From the NCBI GenBank assembly GCA_041576165.1, contig JBFGLM010000032.1, positions 1 to 56,140 of the forward strand: a DNA stretch of 56,140 nt, given 5' to 3'. The stretch's first letter is position 1. The number at the start of each line of letters is the position of its first letter. Source of the DNA: Acidimicrobiia bacterium. Its GTDB lineage: Bacteria; Actinomycetota; Acidimicrobiia; Spongiisociales; Spongiisociaceae. Shown piece by piece: positions 18,868-28,230 of the stretch. The translations under genes and the position numbers were made by a program. The notes under the pieces were generated by a model. The model saw only the letters and a program-made list of their open reading frames with translations, had not been told where the DNA came from and searched no databases.

Positions 18868-21413
18868 GCATGCACGCGTTCTTCGCGTCCCAGCCGTTCG
18901 AGCCGGATCCGTTCCAGGTCCAGGCGGCGGAGGCGGTGGAACGAGGCGAGTCGGTGGTAGTGACCGCTCCAACCGGAGCAGGGAAGACTCTGATCGCCGA
19001 GGCATCGGTACACCACGCGCTCCAGACCGGGCGGCGCGCCCTCTACACCACGCCCCTGAAGGCTCTGTCGAATCAGAAATACGGGGACTTCATCAAGATC
19101 TACGATCGCGAGCGGGTGGGTCTGCTGACCGGCGACAACTCGATCAACGGCCGGGCTCCGGTGGTCGTGATGACAACCGAGGTGCTGAGGAACATGATCT
19201 ACGCCGCGAGTCCAGACCTGGCCGACGTCGGGATCGTCGTGCTCGATGAGGTCCATTATTTGCAGGACCGGTTTCGGGGTGCCGTTTGGGAAGAAGTCAT
19301 CATCCACGCGCCACGGGCCATTCAAATGGTGGCGCTGTCGGCCACGATCTCCAACCCAGGTGAATTCACCGATTGGGTGCGCCAGCGCCGCGGCCGCACG
19401 CACCTGGTGATCGAGGATCACCGGCCGGTTCCGCTCGAAAGCCTGTGGGCCGTCAAAGACCTGCATCGGGGCGACGATCATCTGACCATCGAGCCGTTGC
19501 TGGTGGAACGCAAAGGTCAGCCGGTCGTCAACCCGGCGATCGACCGGCTGCTCCGGACCGCCCGCGGCCGGCGGCGGCGATTCGCAACGCCCCGCCGGCT
19601 GGAAGTGGCGGACGAGCTGGCCCGGCGATCCATGCTCCCGGCGATCTATTTCATCTTCTCCCGGGCGGGATGCGAGGAGGCGGCCTCGAGCCTGCTGAAC
19701 GCCGCGCTCCGCCTGACCACCGAAGACGAGCGGGTGATCATCCGGGAGCACGCGCTGGAACGGACGGCCCACCTGGCCGCCGGCGACCTCGCGGTGCTGG
19801 ACTTCGACCGCTGGCTCGCTCAGCTCGAAGCCGGACTGGCCGCCCATCACGCCGGGATGGTCCCGGCATTCAAAGAGACGGTTGAGGAACTGTTCGCTGC
19901 CGGCTTGGTGAAGCTGGTGTTCGCCACCGAAACGCTGTCGCTGGGCATCAACATGCCGGCGCGCACCGTCGTGCTGGAGAAGCTGACGAAGTTCACCGGC
20001 GATGGCCACGAGCTGCTGCTGCCCGGTGAGTACACCCAGCTCACGGGGCGGGCCGGGCGGCGTGGGATCGACTCCAAGGGGTACGGCGTGGTCCTGCACT
20101 CCCCGTTCATAGCGGTCGACCGGGTGGCCGAGATCGCGCGGGCGGGAAGCCACTCGCTCCGATCGAGCTTTCGACCCACCTACAACATGGCGGTCAACCT
20201 CATTGCCAACTACGACCGGGTCAAGGCTGAGCAGTTGCTGCGGGCGTCTTTCGCGCAATTTCAGCGGGATCGGGCAATCGGCCGGCTCGAGAAGGCGATT
20301 GCCCGCAACGAACGCCGGCTGCAAGAGGCCCACGAAGGCGCCCGCTGTGAGCTTGGCGATGTGGGAGCGATGGTTGCTGCCGCAACGCAGACAGCCGACA
20401 AGCGTCGGGCAATCGCGCGAGATGTGCAGCGTCTGCAGGTCGGCGACGTGGTGGACATACCCTTTGGCCGCCGGAGTGGGAGATACCTGATCACCGGCAG
20501 GCAGAACCGGAAGAGCGGCGCGTCGTTTTTTGTACTCAGCGGCTCGGGGGCTCGCAGCAAGTTGCGGTCCCGCGAGCTGGTAGCCGGCACCGAGATCTTG
20601 GGTCGTGTGGCGCTGCCCCGACCCTATCCACCGGCCGATCCGGCCGTGCTCGCTGCCCTGACGGAGCAGATTTCGAGCATGGACCGGGTGCGGCCGCGGA
20701 TGATCGGGGGCGATGCGTTGCCCGATCCTGCTGGGAACGAGGCCGCAGGGTGTCCGGATCTGGAGCGCCACGTGGCGGCAGCGCGCCGCGCGCGTCGCAT
20801 CGAACGAGAACTGGGACGACAGCGCCACCAGCATGCGCATCAGGGCGAGGGGCTGGTCGCAGAGCTACGGCGGGTGCTCGATCTGCTGGGCGGACGAGGC
20901 TACGTCGATGGCTGGTCGCTGACCGAACGCGGCGAGATCCTGCGTTTTGTGTACTCCGAGCTGGATCTGCTGGTGGTCGAGGTGCTCCAGCGGGGGTGCT
21001 TCGACCGGCTGGCGCCACCCGAACTGGCTGCGTTCGTGTCGGCGTTCGTCTTTGAACCGAGAAGCGAAGAAGCGCCCTCGTCGTGGCCCACGCCCGATCT
21101 CGAGGACGCCGGTTCCGAGCTACTGGAGGTCTGGTCGGACCTCGTCGAAGACGAGGTCGCCCGGGAGTTGCCGGAAACGCGCCCGCCGGAGGCGGGTTTC
21201 GCCACACTGGCATACCACTGGGCGCGTGGGCTCGAGCTCGATGAACTGCTGGATGAGGGCGATATGGCACCGGGCGATTTCGTGCGAACCAGCAGGCAGC
21301 TGCTGGATCTGCTTCGCCAACTCCGCGATGCGGTTCCCGCGCTCGAGCCGGCTACATCGGCGGCTATTACTGCGGTTGACCGGGGTGTCGTGGCTGCGGG
21401 AGGCATCGGGTGA
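18864..21413 (+). CDS. helY: Ski2-like DExH RNA helicase HelY
   Basis: APTGAGKT, DEVHY, LSAT, HHAG and GRAGRRG motifs; C-terminal GDFVR (DSHCT). Confidence 0.92.
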   Translation: MSMHAFFASQPFEPDPFQVQAAEAVERGESVVVTAPTGAGKTLIAEASVHHALQTGRRALYTTPLKALSNQKYGDFIKIYDRERVGLLTGDNSINGRAPVVVMTTEVLRNMIYAASPDLADVGIVVLDEVHYLQDRFRGAVWEEVIIHAPRAIQMVALSATISNPGEFTDWVRQRRGRTHLVIEDHRPVPLESLWAVKDLHRGDDHLTIEPLLVERKGQPVVNPAIDRLLRTARGRRRRFATPRRLEVADELARRSMLPAIYFIFSRAGCEEAASSLLNAALRLTTEDERVIIREHALERTAHLAAGDLAVLDFDRWLAQLEAGLAAHHAGMVPAFKETVEELFAAGLVKLVFATETLSLGINMPARTVVLEKLTKFTGDGHELLLPGEYTQLTGRAGRRGIDSKGYGVVLHSPFIAVDRVAEIARAGSHSLRSSFRPTYNMAVNLIANYDRVKAEQLLRASFAQFQRDRAIGRLEKAIARNERRLQEAHEGARCELGDVGAMVAAATQTADKRRAIARDVQRLQVGDVVDIPFGRRSGRYLITGRQNRKSGASFFVLSGSGARSKLRSRELVAGTEILGRVALPRPYPPADPAVLAALTEQISSMDRVRPRMIGGDALPDPAGNEAAGCPDLERHVAAARRARRIERELGRQRHQHAHQGEGLVAELRRVLDLLGGRGYVDGWSLTERGEILRFVYSELDLLVVEVLQRGCFDRLAPPELAAFVSAFVFEPRSEEAPSSWPTPDLEDAGSELLEVWSDLVEDEVARELPETRPPEAGFATLAYHWARGLELDELLDEGDMAPGDFVRTSRQLLDLLRQLRDAVPALEPATSAAITAVDRGVVAAGGIG

Positions 21414-22294
21414 CCAGCTGGCTGGCCATTGTGAACGAAGCGGCCGGAGGCCGGGGCAGCACCTCCGGCCGCGCGCACGCGGCGCTGGCTGCGGTCGGCG
21501 TCGCCTACGACCTCATCGCTCCCGCCGACCGAGCGGCCGCTCGCGAGGTCGTGCGGGAGGGCGTGGCCGACGGCCGCCGCCACTTCATCGCGGTGGGGGG
21601 TGACGGAACGGTCAACGCGCTCGTCAACGACCTCCTGGAGCATCCCTGGGAGAAGCCGCCGGTCGTGGGGGTGTTACCCGCCGGCACGGGCTGCGACCTG
21701 ATCCGCACATTCGGCATCCCGCAGCGCATGCCCGAGGCCGCAATTCACCTCGTCCGGCCGGGCGAGTACCTCATCGACGTGGGTTTGGCGGAAGGCAGCT
21801 GGGGCCGGCGTTATTTCGTCAACGTCGGTCAGGCCGGTGTCGCGGCTGCGGCTGCGCGCCGTGCTACCAGGCTGCCGGTCTCGCTGGGCCGGATCCGCTA
21901 TCCCCTTGGGCTGGCGCTGACATTGCCGGGCTTCCGACGCGGTCACGTCGAGGTGGAAACCGGGAAGCGGAACTTCTCGGGAGAGGCACTGGCGGTCATC
22001 TTTGCCAATGGCCAGTTCTTCGGCGGAGGTTTCAACATCGCACCGAAAGCGACGCTGATCGACGGTGTCCTCGACGTACAGATAATCACTGCCCGCAAGC
22101 GGCGGGCGGCGTCGCTCGTGCCGCGAATCTATCGAGGAATGCACCTCACGGATCCCGATGTGCGACGTTATTCGAGTGCGGCGATCACTGTGACCACGCG
22201 TGAACCATGGCCGGTCGAGGTCGACGGGGAGTTCGTCGGGAATACACCCGTGAGGGTCGGCGTTACACCGGGCCGCATAGCACTCAAGATCTGA
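21410..22294 (+). CDS. Diacylglycerol/lipid kinase family protein
   Basis: NEAAG, GGDGT, LPAGTG and VDGE motifs. Confidence 0.88.
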   Translation: MTSWLAIVNEAAGGRGSTSGRAHAALAAVGVAYDLIAPADRAAAREVVREGVADGRRHFIAVGGDGTVNALVNDLLEHPWEKPPVVGVLPAGTGCDLIRTFGIPQRMPEAAIHLVRPGEYLIDVGLAEGSWGRRYFVNVGQAGVAAAAARRATRLPVSLGRIRYPLGLALTLPGFRRGHVEVETGKRNFSGEALAVIFANGQFFGGGFNIAPKATLIDGVLDVQIITARKRRAASLVPRIYRGMHLTDPDVRRYSSAAITVTTREPWPVEVDGEFVGNTPVRVGVTPGRIALKI

Positions 22295-22483
22295 GGGGCA
22301 GCGAGCCGAAGATAGAGTCCACCGGCGGGCCGGAGCAACCGTGGTCAGGGTTACATGTTGGGTCCACCCCGGCGCCGGTCGCAGTGTGGAAGGCCCCGGA
22401 TAGCGGAGGCCGGTAGGGGCAGACTGTCACGCGCATTCTGCGGTGCATCTCTATACTCCCGCCGCCACTGGAGGACAGGGGAC

Positions 22484-22972
22484 ATGTCAGACCGAGACGA
22501 CATCCTGGAAGAAGACAAAACGATCGATGACGATGTCCTCACAGAGGACGAGGTGGACGACGATGACGTCGAGCTCGATGATGAGGATATCGAGGACGAG
22601 GATCTGGACGACGATGACATCGACCCTGATGCGCTCGACGACGAGTTCGAAGCCGAGGACGACGCCGAGGCCGACGATGTGGACGAGGACGGAGAGGATG
22701 AAGACGGCGAGGGAGACGGTGACCCGGAAGCTCCCGCCGCACTCGACGAATTAGAGGCAGAGGAGCTCGATATCGTCGATGAGTTGACTCCTCAGACCAT
22801 GCTTGTCGACGAAGCCTCCGAGATCAGAGCCATCCGACGTCAGGAACTCACGCTGGACGTCGAAGCCGAGTCGCAGCAGACGGACGAGTTCGTATGTTCA
22901 TCTTGTTTCCTGGTCCTCAAACGCTCGCAGCTCGCCAACAAGCGCAAGATGCTGTGTATGGATTGTGCATGA
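22484..22972 (+). CDS. DUF4193-like highly acidic protein with C-terminal C4 Zn site
   Basis: Long Asp/Glu tract, then DEFVCSSCFLV...CMDCA; TATACT -10 and GGAGG upstream. Confidence 0.8.
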   Translation: MSDRDDILEEDKTIDDDVLTEDEVDDDDVELDDEDIEDEDLDDDDIDPDALDDEFEAEDDAEADDVDEDGEDEDGEGDGDPEAPAALDELEAEELDIVDELTPQTMLVDEASEIRAIRRQELTLDVEAESQQTDEFVCSSCFLVLKRSQLANKRKMLCMDCA

Positions 22973-23005
22973 GGGCTCGGTGCGTGCGATGTCCGACCGT
23001 GCGAG

Positions 23006-23746
23006 ATGACGGCTCGGCGGGATAGCGGGGGCGCGGCCGCCCTCGTTGTCATCCCCACGTTCAACGAACGAGACAACATCCAAGCGATCGTCGAGGCCGT
23101 AGTCGCACAGGGTTGCGCTGTACTGGTCGTCGACGACGCCAGCCCAGACGGCACGGGGGATGTCGCCGATCGTTTGGCCGAGGCTTCCCCAGCGGTGTCG
23201 GCGCTACACCGGACTGCGAAGCGTGGTCTGGGCCCGGCTTACGCTGCCGGGTTCGCTACCGCGCTGGCGGGTGGCTGGGAGGTGATCTGTCAGATGGATG
23301 CGGACTTCTCGCACGATCCGGCGGATCTCCCTCGCCTGATCCGGCGGGTCGACGAGGGGGCCGGGCTCGCCATTGGCAGCAGATACGTCCCTGGAGGTGG
23401 CACCCCGGACTGGGCGTACGGCCGGCGGTTGCTGTCCCGCGCCGGGAACGTGTACGCGCGAGCAATGCTGGGTAGCCGCGTGAACGACCTGACCGGCGGC
23501 TTCCGGGCATGGGACCGGGACGCGCTCCAGCATGTCGACCCGGCCGGCTGTGAGTCCTCCGGCTACGCCTTCCAAGTGGAAATGGCATGGCGGGCTGAAC
23601 GCGCCGGTTATACCGTGGCCGAGGTGCCCATCGTGTTCCGCGACCGCCGCGTGGGCGAGTCGAAGATGGATCGATCGATCGTGCTGGAAGCGATGCGGTT
23701 GGTCACCGTGTGGGCAATTCGCCACCGTGCCGGGCGGCTACCCTGA
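23006..23746 (+). CDS. ppm1: Polyprenol monophosphomannose synthase (GT2)
   Basis: IPTFNERDNI, VDDASPDGTG, QMDADFSH and GSRY motifs. Confidence 0.88.
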   Translation: MTARRDSGGAAALVVIPTFNERDNIQAIVEAVVAQGCAVLVVDDASPDGTGDVADRLAEASPAVSALHRTAKRGLGPAYAAGFATALAGGWEVICQMDADFSHDPADLPRLIRRVDEGAGLAIGSRYVPGGGTPDWAYGRRLLSRAGNVYARAMLGSRVNDLTGGFRAWDRDALQHVDPAGCESSGYAFQVEMAWRAERAGYTVAEVPIVFRDRRVGESKMDRSIVLEAMRLVTVWAIRHRAGRLP

Positions 23747-23751
23747 CCAGC

Positions 23752-24234
23752 ATGCACGTCAGCGCCCGCCCTGCAACCGCGGACGACCTAGGCATCCTGG
23801 AGGTGCTCTACCGCTCGCTCGAAGCCGAGATGGTGGCGCTGCACCCGATGTGGCCGCTCGCCGACACCTTTCCCGAACCGGTCCGGGACGGTTTTGCGGC
23901 GGCCATCACCGATCCGGAGGCCCTGGTAGTGCTGGGCTGTATCGACCAGGTGCCATTCGGTTTCATGTACGGCAGGTCGGAGCCGCTGTTACCGCAGGCC
24001 GGCGGTCAGCGGGTCGCAGCCATCCGGATGGTCTTCACGGATTTTGAAGCACGCGAGGTCGGGATTGGTGAGGCCATGCGAGACACCGTGGTCGATCATT
24101 TCCGGGCGACAGGCCACAGCCTCTTCGACGCCCACGTCCTGCCCGGCCACCGCCTGGCTAAGAACTTCTTCGAGTCGGGCGGCTTCTCGGCTCGCTCCAT
24201 CATCATGCACCGCAATGACGACCGAGCCCGCTGA
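23752..24234 (+). CDS. GNAT-family acetyltransferase-like protein
   Basis: AREVGIG acetyl-CoA motif A and KNFFESGGF. Confidence 0.75.
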   Translation: MHVSARPATADDLGILEVLYRSLEAEMVALHPMWPLADTFPEPVRDGFAAAITDPEALVVLGCIDQVPFGFMYGRSEPLLPQAGGQRVAAIRMVFTDFEAREVGIGEAMRDTVVDHFRATGHSLFDAHVLPGHRLAKNFFESGGFSARSIIMHRNDDRAR

Positions 24235-24628
24235 ACACCCCATTCCCGGCGTGGGCGTTGTGGTGCTGCAGGACGATTCCATTCTGCTGGTGGAGCGCGG
24301 TCGGGGAGCGAACCGGGGTCTGTGGGCTGTGCCCGGCGGAAAGGTTGGCTTTGGGGAGACCTTGCAGGAGGCCGCGGCCCGAGAGGTGCTCGAGGAAACG
24401 GGCCTGATCGTTGATATTGGAGACGTCATGTGGACCGGGGATGCGATCGGCCCGGGAGATCCTCCGGCCTGGCACTATGTGCTGATCGATTTCGTCGGCT
24501 TACGTGTCGGTGGCGAGTTGCGCCCTGCGGACGATGCTGCGCAGGCCGCCTTTGTGCCGTTGGAGGATGTCCGCCGCTTGCCGTTGACCCCCACCATGTA
24601 CGATCTGTTGGAGACGCTCGGTGCCTGA
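24215..24628 (+). CDS. NUDIX hydrolase
   Basis: Nudix box GGKVGFGETLQEAAAREVLEETG. Confidence 0.88.
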   Translation: MTTEPAEHPIPGVGVVVLQDDSILLVERGRGANRGLWAVPGGKVGFGETLQEAAAREVLEETGLIVDIGDVMWTGDAIGPGDPPAWHYVLIDFVGLRVGGELRPADDAAQAAFVPLEDVRRLPLTPTMYDLLETLGA

Positions 24629-25010
24629 GCGCCGCCCCCTTCCTCCCCATGAACGACCGTTCGTCGATCGGCCCTACGAAACCCACGAACTTCCGGCCAC
24701 CCCGCAGCGGGACTACCGGATCCCCGCCTCGGGCTGGACTCAGGCCCCGCCGGAACTCCTCCACCTGGGGGACGACCTGGGTGAGCCGGTCGAGTACAAG
24801 CGCCGGATCGGCCGGTACCTCTTGTGGCGAGCCGGGCCACCCATTGGGGATGCCTGGTACCTGGCAGTGGCCGACGACCTGTCGACCATGCACCGCTTTC
24901 GGCTGCGCGGCAAACACGGCGAAGGTATCGGCGCCGACGACCGCCTCCACACCAGGTTCCGCACCTGGAAACAGTCGCTGCTAGCCGACTCGGGGGCCGG
25001 GGTTGGCTGA
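24621..25010 (+). CDS. Hypothetical protein (129 aa, Trp/Arg-rich)
   Basis: Overlaps both neighbours by 8 nt in the operon; no family recognised. Confidence 0.65.
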   Translation: MPERRPLPPHERPFVDRPYETHELPATPQRDYRIPASGWTQAPPELLHLGDDLGEPVEYKRRIGRYLLWRAGPPIGDAWYLAVADDLSTMHRFRLRGKHGEGIGADDRLHTRFRTWKQSLLADSGAGVG

Positions 25011-26361
25011 TCCGTCGACGCCGGCGGGCGAGGTACTCGAGCTGCTCCAAGCGCTGATAAGAAATGAGTGTGTCAACGACGGCACGATCGAAAGTGGCCA
25101 TGAACACCGATCGGTGTCCACCCTGGCGGCCTATTTCGGACAGCCGGGCGACGTCTTCGAAGCGGCACCCGGACGCCAAAGCATCGTGTACCGGGTGCCG
25201 GGACGGGATGAATCTGCTCCATCTTTGATGCTCATGGGCCACCTCGATGTGGTACCCGTCACACCCCAGGGATGGACCGTCGATCCATTCGCGGCTGACG
25301 TCACGGGCGGGTACGTCTGGGGCCGGGGGGCAGTCGACATGCTCAACCTCACGGCCGCCATGGCCACAGTCTTCCGCCGCTATTTGACCGGAGAGCGGCC
25401 GCAGCCGGCCGGCGACCTCCTGTATCTGGGCGTGGCCGATGAGGAGGCGGGCGGCGCGCACGGCGCGCAGTGGCTGCTCGAACACCACCCGGAATCGGTG
25501 GCGGTGGAATACCTACTCACCGAGATTGCGTTTCCCCCCATCGAATCGGGCACCGGCGAGCTGGTGTATCCGGTCAAGGTGGGAGAGAAGGGACCACACT
25601 GGCGTCGAATCCTTGCGCGTGGGACCCCATCGCACGGCAGCCAGCCATACGGCACCAACAACGCCTTCGTCCGGATCGCCCGGGCGGTCGCAGCGCTGGC
25701 CGAAGAGCCGTCCCCGATCGAGATCGTGCCGGAGTGGGCCAGGTTTGTCCGAGGATTGGAGCTTCCTCCCGACCAGGAACAGGCGCTGCTGGACCCCGAC
25801 CGGATAGACGCAGAGATCGACCGGCTAGCAGTGACTTCTCCAGTTCTAGCCCGCTACGTGCACGCCTGTACGCACCTTACGGTCAGCCCCAACGTGGGCG
25901 TTGCCGGTACCAAGATGAACACGGTGGCCGATTTCGCGGAGGCGCAGATCGACATCCGGGCGCTGCCCGGGCAGGACCAGACGACGGTGGACGACCATTT
26001 CCGCAAGGTGCTCGGCCCCGGCTACGAAGAAATGGAATTCATCGCCGAGATGGATCACGCGGCCAGCAGCTCTCCGACCCAGGGGCCGCTGTGGGAGGCC
26101 ATCTGCGATGGGATCGAGTCGATGACCGGATCGCGCCGGGTCGTCCCGGCTATGACCCCAGCGACGACCGACGCACGGTTCTTTCGAGCGCGGGGCACCA
26201 AGGCCTACGGGGTCGGAATGTTCGACGAACTCGACGAGTTCTCGCTGTTCCTGTCGATGTTCCACGGTAATGATGAGCGTGTGTCGGTCGCCTCCCTGGG
26301 AGCCACCCACGTTCTCTTGGAGCGGATCATCGAGCGGTTCTTCGAGCGAGCCGGTGACTGA
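25003..26361 (+). CDS. M20/M25/M40 metallopeptidase/deacylase
   Basis: GHLDVV, GRGAVDM, DEEAGG, TDARFF and FHGNDER motifs. Confidence 0.9.
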   Translation: MADPSTPAGEVLELLQALIRNECVNDGTIESGHEHRSVSTLAAYFGQPGDVFEAAPGRQSIVYRVPGRDESAPSLMLMGHLDVVPVTPQGWTVDPFAADVTGGYVWGRGAVDMLNLTAAMATVFRRYLTGERPQPAGDLLYLGVADEEAGGAHGAQWLLEHHPESVAVEYLLTEIAFPPIESGTGELVYPVKVGEKGPHWRRILARGTPSHGSQPYGTNNAFVRIARAVAALAEEPSPIEIVPEWARFVRGLELPPDQEQALLDPDRIDAEIDRLAVTSPVLARYVHACTHLTVSPNVGVAGTKMNTVADFAEAQIDIRALPGQDQTTVDDHFRKVLGPGYEEMEFIAEMDHAASSSPTQGPLWEAICDGIESMTGSRRVVPAMTPATTDARFFRARGTKAYGVGMFDELDEFSLFLSMFHGNDERVSVASLGATHVLLERIIERFFERAGD

Positions 26362-27142
26362 CGCCCAGCCGCCCGGCAACGTCATCTTCGACCTCGACGG
26401 GGTCGTCTACGTGGCCGATCGCCCGGTGCCGGGTGCAGGTGACACGCTGCGAACACTGGAGAGGGAGGGTTTTCGGCTGCTGTTTGCGACGAACAACGCT
26501 TCGCGGACCCGCGCGGCCGGAGCCGAGAAGATCACCCGGCTGACCGGTCACCGCGTAACGGAAGACCAGGTCATAACGTCTGCCATGGCGGCGGCGTCAT
26601 TACTGGTGGACAGCCGGCTCCGATGTTTCGTCGTGGGAGGCGCCGGGCTCCGAGACGCGATCGTTGCCCAGGGCAGCTCGATTGTCGAGCGGTGGGAAAG
26701 AGCCGACGTCGTGCTGACCGGCTTTTACCGAGACCTCACTTACGAGGTGCTACGTGATGCGACGCTGGCCATCCGGGCAGGCGCCCGATTCATCGCGACC
26801 AACGACGACGCCACCTTTCCCGCTGGCAACGGGCTGTGGCCGGGGGCCGGCGCCACTGTGGCCTATCTCCGCACGGCCACCGACGTACAACCCGAGATCG
26901 CTGGCAAGCCCAATCCACCAATGCGGCGGCTCATCAGCTCGCAGCTCGGACCCGGACCGGTGTGGATGATCGGGGACCGTGTCGAGACCGATCTGGCCAT
27001 GGCCAAGGCCGAGGGATGGTCGGCGGTCCTGGCCTTGACCGGCGTCACCGGCCGCCCGGAAGACGTGCCGGAGCAGATCCGTCCGGACGCGACTATTGCG
27101 TCGATCGCCGACCTCCCCGCAGTGGTCGGGCTCCGCACGTAG
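26354..27142 (+). CDS. HAD-IIA (NagD-like) hydrolase
   Basis: FDLDGVV, TNN, GKP and IGDRVETD motifs. Confidence 0.9.
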   Translation: MTDAQPPGNVIFDLDGVVYVADRPVPGAGDTLRTLEREGFRLLFATNNASRTRAAGAEKITRLTGHRVTEDQVITSAMAAASLLVDSRLRCFVVGGAGLRDAIVAQGSSIVERWERADVVLTGFYRDLTYEVLRDATLAIRAGARFIATNDDATFPAGNGLWPGAGATVAYLRTATDVQPEIAGKPNPPMRRLISSQLGPGPVWMIGDRVETDLAMAKAEGWSAVLALTGVTGRPEDVPEQIRPDATIASIADLPAVVGLRT

Positions 27143-27153
27143 CCACAGGCGCG

Positions 27154-27897
27154 TCAACGGTAGCGACGGAGCGCGGCGTGGTGCTCGGCCACTCGAGCCA
27201 GCAACGGGCGGCGGAGGAGGAGAGCGACGGCGGCACCGAAGACGAAACCGGCGACGTGCGCCTCCCATGCCACACCCGTCGTAGCCCCGACGAAAGCGAA
27301 CTGAGACACAAACCAGATGATCAGGAAGACCACAGCCGGGAGCGTCAACGGGATCAGGAAGAAGATCGGGATGATCGACACGACGCGAGCGGCCGGAAAT
27401 AGCACAAGGTAGGCACCCATGACCCCGGCGATGGCGCCCGACGCGCCCACCAGCGGGATGGTGGTCTCCGGGTTCACCGCCACGAACCCGACCGTGGCTG
27501 CTGCGCCAGACCCCAGATACAACAGGAAGTAACCGATCTTGCCGAAGGCGTCCTCGACGTTGTTGCCGAAGATCCAGAGGCTCCACATGTTCGCTGCGAG
27601 ATGGAGCAGTCCGGCGTGCAAGAACATGGAGACGAAGACACTCAAGATCAGCGATTTGCCGGGAAAAAAGCCGACTCGTCCGTCGTCTCTGCACGCGCCG
27701 CTGGTGATCTCTTCGACGCTGAGGCGTTCGAGCGTGGTCAGTTCGCACGCGATCGCCGCGTTTCTGTAGGTGAACTCCAGATCGGCTTGGGGGTCCCGTG
27801 GCTGAACGAAGAGCCACACGAACACGGCGACCACGATCAGCAGCAGCGTCACAGCCGGCGTCGTGAGCGACGGGTTCGCATCGCGGATAGGAATCAC
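27154..27897 (-). CDS. Rhomboid intramembrane serine protease
   Basis: IPIRDANP, MFLHAG..H...NM, VGASGAI (Ser) and AHVAGF (His) motifs; GAGGAG RBS before GTG 27897. Confidence 0.9.
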   Translation of the reverse strand: MIPIRDANPSLTTPAVTLLLIVVAVFVWLFVQPRDPQADLEFTYRNAAIACELTTLERLSVEEITSGACRDDGRVGFFPGKSLILSVFVSMFLHAGLLHLAANMWSLWIFGNNVEDAFGKIGYFLLYLGSGAAATVGFVAVNPETTIPLVGASGAIAGVMGAYLVLFPAARVVSIIPIFFLIPLTLPAVVFLIIWFVSQFAFVGATTGVAWEAHVAGFVFGAAVALLLRRPLLARVAEHHAALRRYR

Positions 27898-27938
27898 TAC
27901 GGTCTCCTCACCAGGCCCCGACCCGACATCCCCGGTTC

Positions 27939-27960
27939 TGTCAGGCGTGGAGGCCATAAT
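27939..27960 (+). promoter_or_regulatory. Candidate PafBC-activated (RecA-NDp-like) promoter
   Basis: TGTCAG-N10-CATAAT ending 6 nt before ATG 27967. Confidence 0.4.
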
Positions 27961-27966
27961 GATGCC

Positions 27967-28230
27967 ATGAACGACTCACGCTCAGGCCCCGACCCTGCTT
28001 CCACCTCTCCGCAGTCCGTCGAAACTGACCCTACAACTGCGGGTCAGGCTCTCAAGGAAGACGCGACCGGCGGGGAGCGGGCCGGTCACGACCTTATTTC
28101 GCTCCACCCCGACGCGCTCGACCGGCTCGAAGCGATCGACGCGGCGGAGGCGCCCGACATCGCCGATGAGATAGCGGCTGCCCTCGCCCGGCGCCTGGAG
28201 CAGCCCGCCCCACTGGAGCCATCCCGCTGA
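27967..28230 (+). CDS. Small acidic hypothetical protein upstream of tlyA
   Basis: 87 aa ORF with ATG just after the CATAAT -10; helical C-terminus; stop overlaps the tlyA start region. Confidence 0.6.
   Translation: MNDSRSGPDPASTSPQSVETDPTTAGQALKEDATGGERAGHDLISLHPDALDRLEAIDAAEAPDIADEIAAALARRLEQPAPLEPSR

Noticed and set aside
14357-20840. Long antisense ORFs (14357-16135, 18822-20840 and similar)
   Set aside because: These are shadow frames of well-supported genes, typical of high-GC DNA, with no recognisable motifs.
22490-22800. GAC/GAG-rich repeats as a DNA repeat array
   Set aside because: They are explained by Asp/Glu codons and have no repeat-spacer structure.
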